NCBI GenBank assembly: GCA_951406725.2
Contig: OX597814.1
Span: forward strand, 128,898,001-128,962,000
Length of the DNA stretch: 64,000 bases
Direction of reading: 5' to 3'
Source of the DNA: Octopus vulgaris
Lineage: Eukaryota
Shown: positions 38,457 through 52,097 of the stretch, piece by piece
Numbering within the stretch: position 1 is the first letter of the stretch
How the letters are laid out: every line of letters begins with the position of its first letter
Notes under the pieces: generated by a model
Told to the model about the DNA's origin: nothing
The model's database searches: none
What the model saw: only the letters and a program-made list of their open reading frames with translations
Program-made: the position numbers and the translations under genes

Positions 38457-40465
38457 CTTCAAGTCCCTATTGTCCAGTCAGTGGCGCATGATATTGAACT
38501 ATGAAGATATTCAATCACCTATACACTGTAATTATATCCAACCAGCCATTGAAGTGCCTCTGCACTGTCATTCAACCTGCGATAAAATAACCAAATCTCC
38601 TCAAATCAGATCACACTGTTGTAAAGGACGAACACATTGAATAATGTCCTCTTAGATATATAAAATGTTGGAGTGCTCATTGCCTGCAATTTTTTTATTG
38701 TAGGGTTGGTTCCATCAGGGCTGATCAGGGACTAAAAAAACAATTATATCAAATTTTGCTACTAATTGATAGTACTTAGCTATTTTCATAAAGTACCCAG
38801 CTAAAAGATATTAAATATTAAATAACTTTATGATAATATCCACCCTTTCAGACATTAAAAAATCAATCATCTTAGATATTCAATTTGGTATGCAGCCTGA
38901 AGATGAAATATCTAACTACCATGTTTTATAATTGAGTTACTTGGATACAATACCAAGCTGCTTAGTTATACAATATCCAAGTACAATAATATGTTCAGTA
39001 TCCATTTAATCCATACTAGCATGGATTGGATGCGTCTGTAGCCTATAGCATTTCTTCTCTATAGTTGTCTTTACTCCTTTCTCACTTCCTTCTTTTTTGC
39101 ATTGTAGTATCCAGTTAAAATATCTCACTGACATATCCTAGATTTAGGAAGAGCCTTGAGATATTGATTTTCTAACTTAAACAAAAGACCCCCATATTTG
39201 GCTGGAAGAGGAAGTGGTTTATAGCGATCCCAATACTTCATGGGTATTTATTTTATTGACCCCTGAAGAATGAAAAGTAAAGTCAACTTTAGTGGGGTTC
39301 AAACAAGGAACATAAAGTGACATAACTAAATACTTCAAAGCATTTTTATCCAATAGTTTACCAATTCTGCCAATCCAATTCCTGCTAGCTAAATAAATAT
39401 TTATAGATAAAAACCTGCTACTTATGATAGCCTACCATTTATGGAATGGTATCAAATTAATGGAATGATGTATCTCACTCACATGATACAAAATTGAGCT
39501 GCTTGGATACAACATGAAGCATCATAGATCATTATCTGCTGACTGAACTAAAATATGCATGTATTTAGAATATTGAGTAGTGGAGATAAAATATCAAAAT
39601 ACTAATTTATAATAATATACCCATAATGATACAGACATGGCTGTGTGGTTAAGAAGTTGACTTTTCAAACACATGGTTTGGGGTTCAATCTAACTGTAGG
39701 GTACCTTGAGCCTCGGTAAATGTTTTTCTACTGGAGTTTCAAGTTGACTATTGCCTTCTTAGTGAAATTTGGTAGATGGAAACTGTATGGAAGCCTGTGT
39801 ATGCATACATGCATGAGTCTCTTTCAGTGTGTCTTCATATTAGCACTGTTTGAATAGCAATGACAATGATATTCATGTCCCACTTAAAGAAAATGTTTAG
39901 TAATTCAGTGGTTGACACATCAAGAGATGAAATAGAAAAAAAAAAACATTCTTGAGAACGGGTCTGACATCAGGAAGGATATGTAGCCATAGGAAACATC
40001 CTCAAAAAATCTTGTCCAACCTGTGCCAGCATGGATGTGAAATTACTGTGGTGTAATGTCTTCAAAACTTTTACAATATGAGAAGATAACTTTCCTTTGG
40101 GGTACGGTTATTAGTTTGCTTTACTTCAGTGGCTTTTCATCATCATCGTTTAACATCCGCTTTCCATGCTGGCATGGGTTGGACGATTTGACTGAGGACT
40201 GGCAAACCAGATGGCTGCACCTGGCTTTCGATATATTCCATTTTGAACAACAAAAACCAGCCACCCTTTAGTCTTTTTGAGGACATGACACTTCCTTAGT
40301 GATGGTGTCAAGAGAAAAGCATTCAGTGTATTCAGTACCGTTCTGTAGCTTGTAGAAACTAAACCCAGAAATGGTATTCCAACCCATCTAAATGTGCAGT
40401 GCTGCAAATATGCTTTGACTTAAAATGATGAATAATGATGGTAATGTTAGTATAATGGTAATATT

Positions 40466-40882
40466 AAGGCAGTGAGCTGGCAGAATTGTTAGCACACCAG
40501 GCGAAATGCTTAATGGTATTTCGTCTGCCATTAGGTTCTGAGTTCAAATTCTGCCGAGGTCAACTTTGCCTTTCATCCTTTCGGGGTCGATAAATTAAGT
40601 CCCAGTTACCCACTGGGGTCGATGTAATCGACTTAATCCGTTTGTCTGTCTTTGTTTGTCCTCTCTGTGTTTAGCCCCTTGTGGGTAGTAAAGAAATAGG
40701 TATTTCGTCTGCTGTTACATTCTGAGTTCAAATTCCGCTGAGGTCGACTTTGCCTTTCATCCTTTCGGGGTTGATAAATTAAGTAGCAGTTGCACACTGG
40801 GGTTGATGTAATCGACTTATTCCCTTTGTCTATCCTTGTTTGTCCCCTCTATGTTTAGCCACTTGTGGGCAATAAAGAAATA
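40466..40882 (+). mobile_element. SINE family B dimer
   Basis: Junction aagaaata|ggtatttcgtctgc at about 40698. Confidence 0.88.
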
Positions 40883-43344
40883 AATGTTGATAGAATGAAA
40901 TTGATTTGTTAAATATGAAGAAACTTGAAATTATAAATTCAAATGGAAATATTCACAAATTTTCGTTTTCATCTCAAACATACAAACAACATAATTGAAG
41001 TAAAATAGCTTTAATCTGAATTTAATCTGGGAGTCATACTCATTGCTTAGAGAATCATGATGTGATGGGTTGCAGATTCTTTTGATGCTTTGCCAAATGA
41101 AGGAACAGCAAGACACTTAGTGTCTTGGTTTGCTGAGCAACCTTCACAATGAATATTATTACAGTGGGCGTGGTTTGTGCAGAGCAAGTCCCACCCTATC
41201 ATCCTTCAGACTTGTATTGATTTAGTACTACAAGTGCCACAAGCCAAGTAGTCATCAGAATGAGGATTTTTGTCGAGTTACCGTCTCTTAGATGAATAGC
41301 TAAAAAGCTGAGGAACTTCCTCTGACCTGGGTCCTTCGGGGAATCCATGAGCGACCTTTTTGTGGTAATTCTGCAACATGCTGATTAACTCATAGTTGAG
41401 ATACTACCAGATGCTACTACTATGGGTCAGAGTAGATCTGGGAACAATAGGGGCTAAGAGGTGATCTCACATCCTCAAAAACCTGGGCCCACACAACTGG
41501 ATGCAGTTTAAGGGCATACTTTCAGCTTAGAGAATCAGAATGATGATATATAAACTAGTGAAAAGAAAAGGTAATGAGATGAAGAATAATATGAAATTGC
41601 CATTTTTATCGCATTCACTAGAAATAACAAAGAATGGAAATTATGATGCAAAAACCATTGCAAGGATATATTGGAACATAATCACACAGTCTTCCATCCC
41701 AAATAGATATAAAATGTATAACTGGCAGCTTTGTCTCAGCAATTGTGCCAAAACTGAAATTACAGATGCTTTGTAGAGAAGGTATTAGGAATGTAAATGG
41801 AATGAAATGGCTTCAGTTGATAACTGCAATTAAAGTTTGAATGATTTGCACTACTTTGGTTTTAATTAATTTTGAAAATAATTAAGAATTTTCAAAAAAT
41901 ATCAGTAATTATTAAGCTGGTGTTTGGAACATAAATTAACAAGAAATTATGATGGAAAGCTTTAATTTAAACCACTTTAAAATAGAAGGTTTATATGATA
42001 GGACTGAGAGCAATTTCTGTGGATTTGGTAACAAAAAGATTCAACAATCATAACATTGATGGTTTCTTAGCTTTATATTATACTGTCTGAGAGTTATTAT
42101 CAAGGGAAAATGGTATTCTGCTATATACATACCTTTCCTGGAGATATTAGTCAGATAGGAAATTTTAGAGTTCTATGAAAAGACAAAACTAAGTTAAGGA
42201 GCAGTGAATAAAGAATTCGCAAAGCAAGGATAGAACTGATTTATTCAAAGATTAGTATCAGTGGGAAGCCATTGTGTTGATGCTCACCCACTACATTTCA
42301 CATATAAAACATTAGTGGCAGCAACATTGGTAGTAATGGTAATAAGAGCTGCAACATTAGTTTTCTTTGACACACTAACTTCATTATAGTAAGCCGTTCT
42401 TATCAATAGCCTCATAAATTACTACTATGCATTACAGTTGTATTGGTATTTCTTCAGAATATCTTGTATCATAGATATAAAGATATTGGATATACTATGA
42501 TTGCTAGAATATAAAACAAACCAGAGAGCTAAAGGCACATTGGAATATATAAAGTTCTATCTCTACAAGAGTGTTTGGAGAGGGAGGTGAAAAATGTGTT
42601 TTCCAATTACATTTATTGAAGTAAATAATTCCATGTATTAAAAGATACAATGGAATTTCGAAATATATATTTTGGAGTAAACAAAATTCTGTCTAATATA
42701 CTGCCAAATATGGTACAATTCGTTTTAGTTTAATCTTGTTTTGCTTACAGATGAAAACAAAAATGATAAAAATAAAACATTGATTTTGATGGGATTTTGT
42801 AAGATATTCTTCAGGAATAATCACTTGAATTGTGACATTTAAATCTCACATATCATCCTCTCCACATAGTCTTCATCCTCACCACCTCTCTCACTCTGTT
42901 AGATGCTCTCTCTCTTCTCCCCTCCATCTTTCTCTCTCTCTCCCTATTATTCTCTCTCTCACTAATAACTATATATATATATATATATCTCAAATGGATG
43001 TCTTATAAAACTTTTCTGCACATACAATAACAGCCATACCAATAATCCAACATACCTCCATCATCAGCTGCCCCACAGATATCACTATGGTTTCGACACC
43101 TGGACATTACCATTCAATTCGGTGGTGTCAACAACACTAAAATAAGTATTGTTTGGAAAAAAGCATACCTTAGATATGACCACATTCACTCAATCTTAAC
43201 TCTAGGAAGGCTTAAGCACTAACATTATTAATTAAATTACAACAAAGAAACCACATTTACTCTATGTACAAAAACAGTATTGGTAAAAAAAATCAGTAAG
43301 TAAACATATATATATATATATATAAAATCAATTAGTAAACCTAT

Positions 43345-43560
43345 CTATTATATAAAATCCGTTCTGTCTGTCTGTGTGTGTGTCTTCTAGGATCTCGGGC
43401 ATCCTCCATCCAATTGCGCTCAAATTTGATATGTAGATACCGACGGTATCACGGCGTGTATAAGCCTTGAAAAAATGACAAAAATCGATTCCAGGTGAGA
43501 ATGCGATCGATAAAGTCATGGGAATGTGCATTTGTAAAATCATTTTTCTTGGAATAGAAA
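43345..43560 (+). mobile_element. Helitron-like non-autonomous element, 5' portion
   Basis: a|TCtattatataaaa start followed by (ctgt)/(gt) microsatellite and a CpG-rich body. No 3' hairpin/CTRR end found, so the right boundary is approximate. Confidence 0.5.
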
Positions 43561-45050
43561 AAAAGTCTATCTTTATTTCTTCTTTTACTGGTGTCTCAAA
43601 TTTAGGTTAAATCAGTGTTTCTCAAAGGGGAGGCCTATGGGACGCAGTATGTCACCATTTGTCATCTCTTTCATGAGTCTCAAATTCTTGGAATTAGTCT
43701 TCATCACTTCATTACATTTCTTGTTTGGTCTCACTCTTGTACAAGTTCTATCCACAATACCACACATAGTATTTCCTTCTGGATACTACATCCGATTCTT
43801 TTATATCCAACTTTTCTCTCAGCTTAATCGTGTTCTGTCATCTCTTACACCTTCAACAGAGTATTCAAGGTTATGTGGAGCAGAAATAACCCCACCCCTG
43901 TCTAGGATGACAGCATATTACAAACACCCATATCAATCATGATGTAGACCTATGACAAAAAACATTCAAACCTGTATTATCTCATTCTTTTAGTTTTTGG
44001 TTGGGTGGAAGATATTTTAAGCTACATTATCTTATGTACCCTGTTCTTTTTTCTTTTTTTTAAGATAAGGTGTGATTTGAAGGAGATTAGGTTGCTATTT
44101 CTAAAAGTTTGAATAACCGCATAGAAGCTCAGCTCCATCATAATGTTGTAAAGTGATATGGTGCATAACACCCTCCAGCAATTTAAACTGATGCAATGCA
44201 GAGTGGTGTGTTTTGCTCAGAATCACCAGTCTCGGTTCTGACACTTGTATTCACATACCAGTTGATTGAAATCTCATGTATTGATGACACTGGTCTAATT
44301 TTAAAAGTAACGAAATGAAACAGAATAAAAATAATCATCTGTAGCATTATTGGTTATGTCTGTGAATACATATATGTATATATGTGTGTTTATATTGACT
44401 AACTGACCAATCAATAAAACCTATACAAAGATTTGATGTTGTGGAGTATATATGACTTCAGGGCGAGATGTTTTGAGGAACTCACATATAAATCTTATTA
44501 ACAAATAGTCGACGTGTTTTATAAAAGTGACACTTGAAAATTACTTCTGGCCAAGCAAAAGCTGACAGTCTTGAACAGTTTCATAGATCAGATGAAAAAT
44601 ATATTTAAAAGCTAAAAAATTTACAAAAATTGTATACAGAAATGAACAATTGCATATAAAAACGGTTGTGTGGTAAGAAATTCGTTTTGCAACAATGTGG
44701 TTCTGAGTTCACTCTCCTTGTATGGCACTTTGGGCAGTTTAGCATCTTTTACTAGTGCCATAGGCCAACCGAAACATTGTACAAAGCCCATTGTAGATTT
44801 GTGAAAATGTTTACTTTCAGCAATCATATGAACTTTGATCAGTGTTCTTCATTGCTTTTTTTCTATCAACAATTTGTTCTGTAGCTCTGTGGTTTTGAAG
44901 ATGAGCAGATAAAGGTTAGTAGTTGAAAAAGCTGTAAAATACAATTTCTGTATTTATCCAATTCATGCTAGCATAGAAAGAAATGGCATAAAATATCAAA
45001 TTTGTGCACACATACACATGTGTGTATGTATAATATATATATATATATAT

Positions 45051-45366
45051 TTGAAAAAGTGTAGGTGGCATACAAGTAGGTATATATTTATAAAAAAGAA
45101 ATTTGAAAACACCACTATATAAGATAAATTTAATTTTCTTAGAGATTTTACATGTTTCGGTTCTTATTGAATAAACAAACCTTATCAAAAATATTTTAAA
45201 AAGTTAAGTTTAATAAAAAAGTTCATAATTGTTTCTTACTAGTCTCAACAGAGTCCACGTGGTGGTATTTTGTGGGGGAAAGCATAATGGCTGTCTTGTG
45301 CATTGACTAGAATCGTTGACTGTAATCATGAAGGTGACTGTTGGTTGTAATAGCAGCTGTAGCAGA

Positions 45367-45368
<2 letters not shown>
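45051..45368 (-). mobile_element. Insertion between (TA)n tracts with decayed minimal hammerhead (PLE remnant)
   Basis: 45145-45192 on the minus strand reads attt-TTGATAA-ggtt...aacc-GAAA-CATG-TA-aaat: palindromic stem III and two core substitutions. Confidence 0.45.
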
Positions 45369-45415
<47 letters not shown>

Positions 45416-45651
45416 GATTGTGACCTAACACTCCGTTGTGCCCCTAGTGTAAAACCGATTGGTAAAATTAGCTGTAATGGATGTACAATACCGTACGCTT
45501 CAGATATTATATATACACATATATGTGTGTGCGTGAGTGTGTGAGAGGGAGAGAGAGAGAGCTGTTGTGATTAAGAAGTTTCCAAAGCCATGTGAATGGA
45601 TTTGGTGAACAGAAGCTGAAAGAAACCCATTATATATATATATGTGTGTAT

Positions 45652-45698
<47 letters not shown>

Positions 45699-46875
45699 GA
45701 TGCCAGGAGACAATTGTAAATAAATGTCACTATCATGCAAGCAGTCTCCTGCATTTCTGATCATCCATCTAACCAAATCTATCCACAGGGAAATACTTTG
45801 TTGCTTGGAAATAGATGAGGGTTGGCAACAGTGAAGGCATCATGCCACAGAAAATCTGCCCCATCAAATTCCATCTAACCCATGCAAACATGGAAAAGAG
45901 GACGTTAAAATGATAATACATTTGATTGCGAGATAGTGTGTGCATATTTATGCTATCATTATTCAAACTGAGGTTTTTGCTTCTTCTTTTATCAAATATT
46001 TTACCATCTGAAAGTCATTTAATAAAGCATTTACATTCTTCCAAGCTGTGGAAGTACATAAGTCAGCCAAAGTTTGACATTTTCCAAATAATTTATTACC
46101 TTAGAGTCACATTTTTATGACTATTTTGATACTAAACTACAAGAAACTGACTAGTTCTGATGCAAAATCTCTTGTTTTAAAGTGTTCATACATAAATTGA
46201 AAAACCAAAAAGAATTGAATTAAAACATTCCATTATAATTACATGTAAAAATCTTTTATGTTATGTTCCAAAAACAATGAAAATGGCGTGTGCAACATAA
46301 CTGATAATGAAGAAGTTAATTGTTTTACTAGATCCCTTTAAATTTTTAATTTTCAAAATAATATTGAGTGAACCTAGGAAATGCGTTTCTTTGTTATATT
46401 TAAAGTAATTGAAAGAAATACAGAGCATCTCAAAATAAATACAGTAACGAAAGGATTGAGGTATAATTTGAGGGGTTTTGGTTGCTGTTTCTAGTAAGTC
46501 AAGTCATGCTCTTGTAAATTGTGCTCCAAATATGTAGCATAAGTTTATAAATTAGTGGTATAGCTTGAGTGTGTGCTGCTCAGGGAAGCCCTTGAGATTG
46601 TGCTCCCATCTGGACCCCTATAAAGAATATAACATATTGCTCAGTAATTTCCACTTAAAGTTATATATAAACCAAAAGTGAACTGTTCCCTAACTATGCT
46701 ACTGCAGTAAATAATGGATGGTCTGTCATACATTGGTTTACTTGTCCAAATTAAACTCTTGCTTTGAGCAGAGAGCACCTTATCTAAAGGCAGATTTATT
46801 CCTCATCAATTTAATGCAACAAAGTTGGGTTCACTACATCACAAAGCTCCTGCTATATGGATGCTTGTGGCAGAG

Positions 46876-47287
46876 TTTACTCTTTCACCTATTTTAGTCA
46901 TTTGACTGCGGCCATGCTGGAGCACCGCTTTTAGTCGAGTAAATCAACTCCAGGACTTATTCTTTGTATGCCTAGTACTTATTCTATCAGTCTCTTTTGC
47001 CGAACCGCTAAGTTATGGGGACATAAACACACCAGCATCAGTTGTCAAGTGATGTTGGGGGGACAAACACAGACACACAAACATACACACACACACACAT
47101 ACATATATACATATACATACATATGTCAGGCTTCTTTCAGTTTCCGTCTACCAAGTCCACTCACAAGGCTTTGATTGGCCCAAGGCTATAGTAGAAGACA
47201 CTTACCCAAGGTGCCACGCAGTGGGACTGAACTCGGAACCATGTGGTTGGTAAGCAAGCTACTTACCACACAGCTACTCCTGTGCCT
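46876..47287 (-). mobile_element. SINE family A
   Basis: Full-length homology to family A. Confidence 0.9.
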
Positions 47288-48639
47288 GTGTGGAAAAAAA
47301 CCCCCCGAAAAACAAAGGATAAGAATATAAATACATTGCTGTTGTTCTGCTTTAAGTCAGCTATGAAAGACCTATGACTGAAGATGTTCCAGCTTTGATA
47401 ACCCCACTCTCAACCATTTTTATTCTTTGTTTTTAGTAAAGTGTATTTAGGATAACATTACTGAATATGCTCTTTCCTTTTGTTAAGTCAGTAGGAATTG
47501 ATTTTTGGGGAATTTGGCAACTATTTATGTAGGCTGAGCAACCTGTTGGCTACATTTAGTTTTAGGCCTACTCTGATCAATTAAATCTATGATCAAAGTC
47601 ATTCTGACTATGACCAACCTGTCTTTAAAGGAGTGCATTAGGGTACATCATTGAATATGTTTTCCTTACTTCAGATGATAATGTGAAATTTGAGGATGAA
47701 TTTAATTGCAATTTCTAGCAAGTCATGCAAAAACATAGAAGCTCCTGTTTGTTCTTCACATGTGTAAAGGCTTATTTAACCCCAGGTCAGCCCTGATCAA
47801 CTATACCTGTGATCAAAGGCTTCAAGTTATGACTATTCCATTTTTTATTTATTAATTCTATATCCTGAACTATATAATCCAATGTGCAATTTTTTAAGAC
47901 AGTAGGACATGTTTCGAGAAAGATTTGGTTGGTATTTCTAGCAATTGAATGACCACATAGACTCTTTTGAATGATAATGAGACTACAATGGAATTATCCT
48001 CTCTCAAAACTATATACAGCAGCAGTTGCAGCTGCAAGAGCAGCAGCAACCACAGGAGCTGCAGCAGCAACTACAGCAGCAGTAAGGTTTGTAGATTTAA
48101 CAGGCATACCACTGTGAGAGGCACTATAATGTGGCTTTGTTTAAATATTATGAATATTGATTTCTAACAAAGGCACAAGACCATACTTTATTTGTAAGGG
48201 AGGGCTGTAGTCAATTAAACCGACAATTATTTTAGGATCAAAGGCAAAGTGGATCCCCATAGGATTTGAACTATGTTGAGTGACAGTTTTATTCAGCGAA
48301 CCTGATAATGAAAACAGTGTCTGTGAAAAGAGCTAAATAGCTGCTTCATAAATCATGGAAATATTCTCAACAGTGATATTGAGTTCGTTGGCAGTGGCTT
48401 TATTGTGTAGTTCTATTTAGAAGCACTTGGTTTATTCAGTAATATAAATGGCTCTGATTCAGTGTATGTATAAATCAGGATATTACCAAAATGCATTAAA
48501 CCAAAGCCCAGTGTAAAAACTAAAACACCTTCATATTATAAAACCCCTTCAAACTGTTTGATGATAATCTGTCTCAAAGCACCTCTGGTTTTCTTCCAAA
48601 ACTTCTCATTTTAAAGGGTCAATAATTAAATTAGATCCT

Positions 48640-48882
48640 TCTCTTTACTCTCTTACTTGTTTCTGTCATTTGGCTGCGGCCATGCTGGAGCACCACCTTT
48701 AGTTGAGCAAATCGACCCCAGGATTTATTCTTTGTAAGCCTAGTACTTATTCTATCTGTCGCTTTGGTCGAACCGCTAAGTTACGGGGGACGTAAACACA
48801 CCAGCATCAGCTGTCAAGCAATGTTGGGGGGACAAACACAGACACACAAATTCACACACACACACACACACACACACATGTG

Positions 48883-48914
<32 letters not shown>

Positions 48915-49073
48915 ATGGGCTTCTTTCAGTTTCTGTCAACAAAATCCACTCACAAAGCTTTGGTCGGCCCGAGACTATAGTAGAAGACACTTGCCCAAGG
49001 TGCCATGCAGTGGGACAGAACTCAGAACCATGTGGATGATAAGCAAGCTACTTACCACACAGCCACTCCTGCA
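48640..49073 (-). mobile_element. SINE family A
   Basis: Full-length homology to family A. Confidence 0.9.
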
Positions 49074-49375
49074 CCAATCTAAATTTTATATAAAAACTTC
49101 TCAATTCTTTTTAATATAGAACCAAGGAAATTTGGGAGGGATAAGTAATGAATTACATCCCTAGTATTCAACTGCAACAGAATTTGAATTCAGAATGTAA
49201 AAGTGGACAAAATAGGCATAGGAGTGGCTGTGTGATAAGTAGCTCGCTTACGAACCACATGGTTCTGGGTTCAGTCCCACTGCATGGCACCTTGGGCAAG
49301 TGTCTTCTACTATAGCCTTAGGCCGATCAAAGCCTTGTGAGGGGATTTAGTAGATGGAAACTGAAAGATGCCTGT

Positions 49376-49408
<33 letters not shown>

Positions 49409-49566
49409 TATATATGGATAGGCGTAGGAGTGGCTGTGTGGTAAGTAGCATGGTTCTGGGTTCAGTCCCACTGCGTGTCTTCTACTATAGCCTTGGGCCG
49501 ACCAAAGCCTTGTGAGTGGATTTTGTAGACGGAAACTGAAAGAAGCCCGTTGTGTGTGTATATATA

Positions 49567-50401
49567 TAAGAAAAAGGGACAGGCAAAACAAGTTGCTTGA
49601 CCGCATACCGAAAAAATAGAAATAGCAGTCAAGAATGCTTATTTCTATCAAAGTTGGACTCCGGGCATGACAGACCCTGTAATTCACATATGCAAAACAG
49701 AAGGAATAGATAACGAATACGAAGTCTGGCGGTTATCTGTGAACATCATGTTTCTGGATTATAAACATATTGAATATATATTCCATATATATTCCATATA
49801 TTTTTTCACTCCCTTTGACAACCTATTTTTGTAATGCGCATGGCAGAATTTTTGGAGGGAAGATTTATGAATTCAAACGTCTATGTAGATTTAGCCTTTG
49901 CTCACTCTCTTCAAATATTTTGATGTTGCATGGTCGGAAGGTTTGAGGTACGTAGCATTTGATAAATCTATGATAAATCTTTTTCAATGGAAAGCTGTGC
50001 TGAAGAAGGATGTGAAATATATATGCAATATATATGAAATATATTTCAAAAATATATGGAATATATATTCAATATGTTTATAATCCAGAAACATGATGTT
50101 CACAGATAACCGCCAGACTTCGTATTCGTTATCTATTCCTTCTGTTTTGCATATGTGAATTACAGGGTCTGTCATGCCCGGAGTCCAACTTTGATAGAAA
50201 TAAGCATTCTTGACTGCTATTTCTATTTTTTCGGTATGCGGTCAAGCAACCTGTTTTGCCTGTCCCTTTTTCTTATATACAATATATATACTGAACTTTA
50301 CAGAAGTTCCTGCCGGTAATCGGCTATATTTACATACCGAATTCTACCAGTAAATAATTGGGGTTTTTTTAAAAGCCTTTATAGAAATTATTTACTCTTA
50401 T

Positions 50402-50405
<4 letters not shown>
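49567..50405 (+). mobile_element. Fold-back element in (TA)n, probable Penelope-like (PLE)/retrozyme-type insertion
   Basis: 228-bp inverted arms 49563-49790 / 50052-50279 with one mismatch seen, about 260-bp spacer, about 125-bp unpaired tail. It splits the TA microsatellite of a SINE and contains a hammerhead-like motif. Structure is clear; PLE assignment is inferred. Confidence 0.7.
49995..50105 (+). ncRNA. Putative type I hammerhead ribozyme
   Basis: Stem I ctgtg(49995)/cacag(50101); core CTGAAGA; stem II ggat/atcc with an A.A pair at its base and a long AT-rich loop; GAAA; short palindromic stem III catgatg; GUU cleavage triplet ending at 50100. Confidence 0.6.
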
Positions 50406-50451
<46 letters not shown>

Positions 50452-50758
50452 ATATGTTTGGGTGTCTGTGTTTGTCCCCCCAACATCGCTTGACAACTGA
50501 TGCTGGTGTGTTTATGTCCCCCGTAACTTAGTGGTTTGGCAAAAGAGAACTGATAGAATAAGTACTAGGCTTACAAAGAATAAGTCCTGGGGTCGATATG
50601 CTCGACTAAAGGCAGTGCTCCAGCATGGCCACAGTTAAATGACTGAAACAATAAAAAAAAAAGAGTCAAAAAGAAAATTACTAAAGCCTTTTGTCTGCAA
50701 AATGCTGCTAAAGCATTTTGTCTGGTGCAGTATTGATCCTGTCAGCTTATTACTTTAA

Positions 50759-51057
50759 CCCTTTTGCATTCAGATTATTCTATCAAACGTAATGTTGATT
50801 CATTTACATTGTTTTAAAGTAATCATGCATCATCTTGTAGCTTTGAGATTTTGATGAAGTAACTGTTAAATTTTAGAATGATATTGTAAGGCTGGTGTAA
50901 GAGGCTAGATATGGCCAATTTTGAACATAAAACAGAATACTTTGGCTTTAACCCTTTAGTGTTCAGATTATTCTATCAAACATAATGCTTATTGATTCCC
51001 ATTGATTTGAATTAATCATGCATTATCTCATATCTTCAAGAGCTTGATGCTAAAGGG
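50759..51057. mobile_element. Two adjacent copies of a second TTAA MITE family
   Basis: Both begin ttaa-cccttt..ttcagattattctatcaaa (50759 and 50952); the second ends aaaggg-ttaa. Confidence 0.6.
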
Positions 51058-51071
51058 TTAAACCTTCTTAA

Positions 51072-51291
51072 CCCTTTCACTACCAACCCGGCTGAAACCA
51101 GCTCTGGCTCTGTGTATAAATGTCTTGTTTTCAAAAGTTCTGAATTAAAATCTTCCACCAAACCTTAGTCACAATTTATGTTCCTAACACTAGCTTAAGG
51201 ATAACTAAGTTATTTTACTAAATTCTTTGTTATATTTAAAGTAATTGAAAGAAACACAGAGGATCTCAAAATAAATACAGTAAAGAAAGGG
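51072..51291. mobile_element. piggyBac-type MITE, opposite orientation to 15830
   Basis: TTAA-ccctttc...gaaaggg-TTAA. Confidence 0.85.
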
Positions 51292-51299
51292 TTAATAAT

Positions 51300-51514
51300 T
51301 ATTTCAAATTTTTGGCACAAGGCCAACAATTTCAGGGTCGGGGATAAGTTGATTGCATTGACCCCAGTATTCAACAGGTACTTATTTTATTGACCCCAAA
51401 AGAATGAAAGACAAAGTTGACCTCAGCAGAATTTGAACTCAGAACATAAAGATGGATGAAATATTACTAAGCATTTTGCCCCATGTGCTAACAATTCTGC
51501 CAGCTTGCCACCTT
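51300..51514 (-). mobile_element. Family B-related SINE
   Basis: Homologous to 14480-14701. Confidence 0.7.
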
Positions 51515-52097
51515 AAAATTTTCTTAATAGTAACAGTTGTTTCACATAATCCAGATGGAGTATTTTATTAGAAATTTTATGAAAGAGTTGAGCTCTGATC
51601 AGAAGAAAGCTTGTGACAAGTGTTAGGGTTGGCATTTTATATTAGGCAAGCTAAGTGATTGTCTGGAGTGATACCATCATGGGGTGCCACAAAATGTCTT
51701 CATCCAATTAACACACAACCTTAGTAAAGAAGAGAGCAGGTGAGATCATTCACAAAACATGGGTGATGGTTAGAGACTCATGGGGTGTGTCCAGTAACAT
51801 ATTCAGTGTTATGGTTTTGATACTTTTGTGATTGATACATAATAATTAGTAGTCAGCATGTAATTGCTTTGACTCAATCAACTTCACTCTTCCCATATTA
51901 ATTTGTAGCTTTGTATCAATCTGAGAAATTTATACAAGCCCCATATAACCTGTGTTAGTCTTACTAATTTTTTTCTGAGAAAGGTATGAAAAAAAAAAAT
52001 CAGAATATAGAGGTTTCCCAAAACTAAAATGGTCAGCAGTTGAGTCTTTTACTCTGAATGTGCCATTCTTAGAAAGTGATGTATTTCTGTTGCAAGA

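Larger units (their letters stand above)
49215..50665 (+). mobile_element. Family A head (49215-49380) plus a family A copy (49421-50665) split by the fold-back element
   Basis: The head runs to gaagcccgt at about 49550; the 3' half resumes after (TA)n at about 50435. Confidence 0.85.

Noticed and set aside
43055-43140. Hammerhead-like pieces on the minus strand (gacacc..ggtgtc-GAAA, later CTGATGA)
   Set aside because: Core elements are in an incompatible order or too mutated; no UH cleavage site or stem I could be built.
48016-48083. Degenerate CAG repeat as a polyQ/polyS exon
   Set aside because: No convincing acceptor site or flanking coding sequence; treated as a simple repeat.
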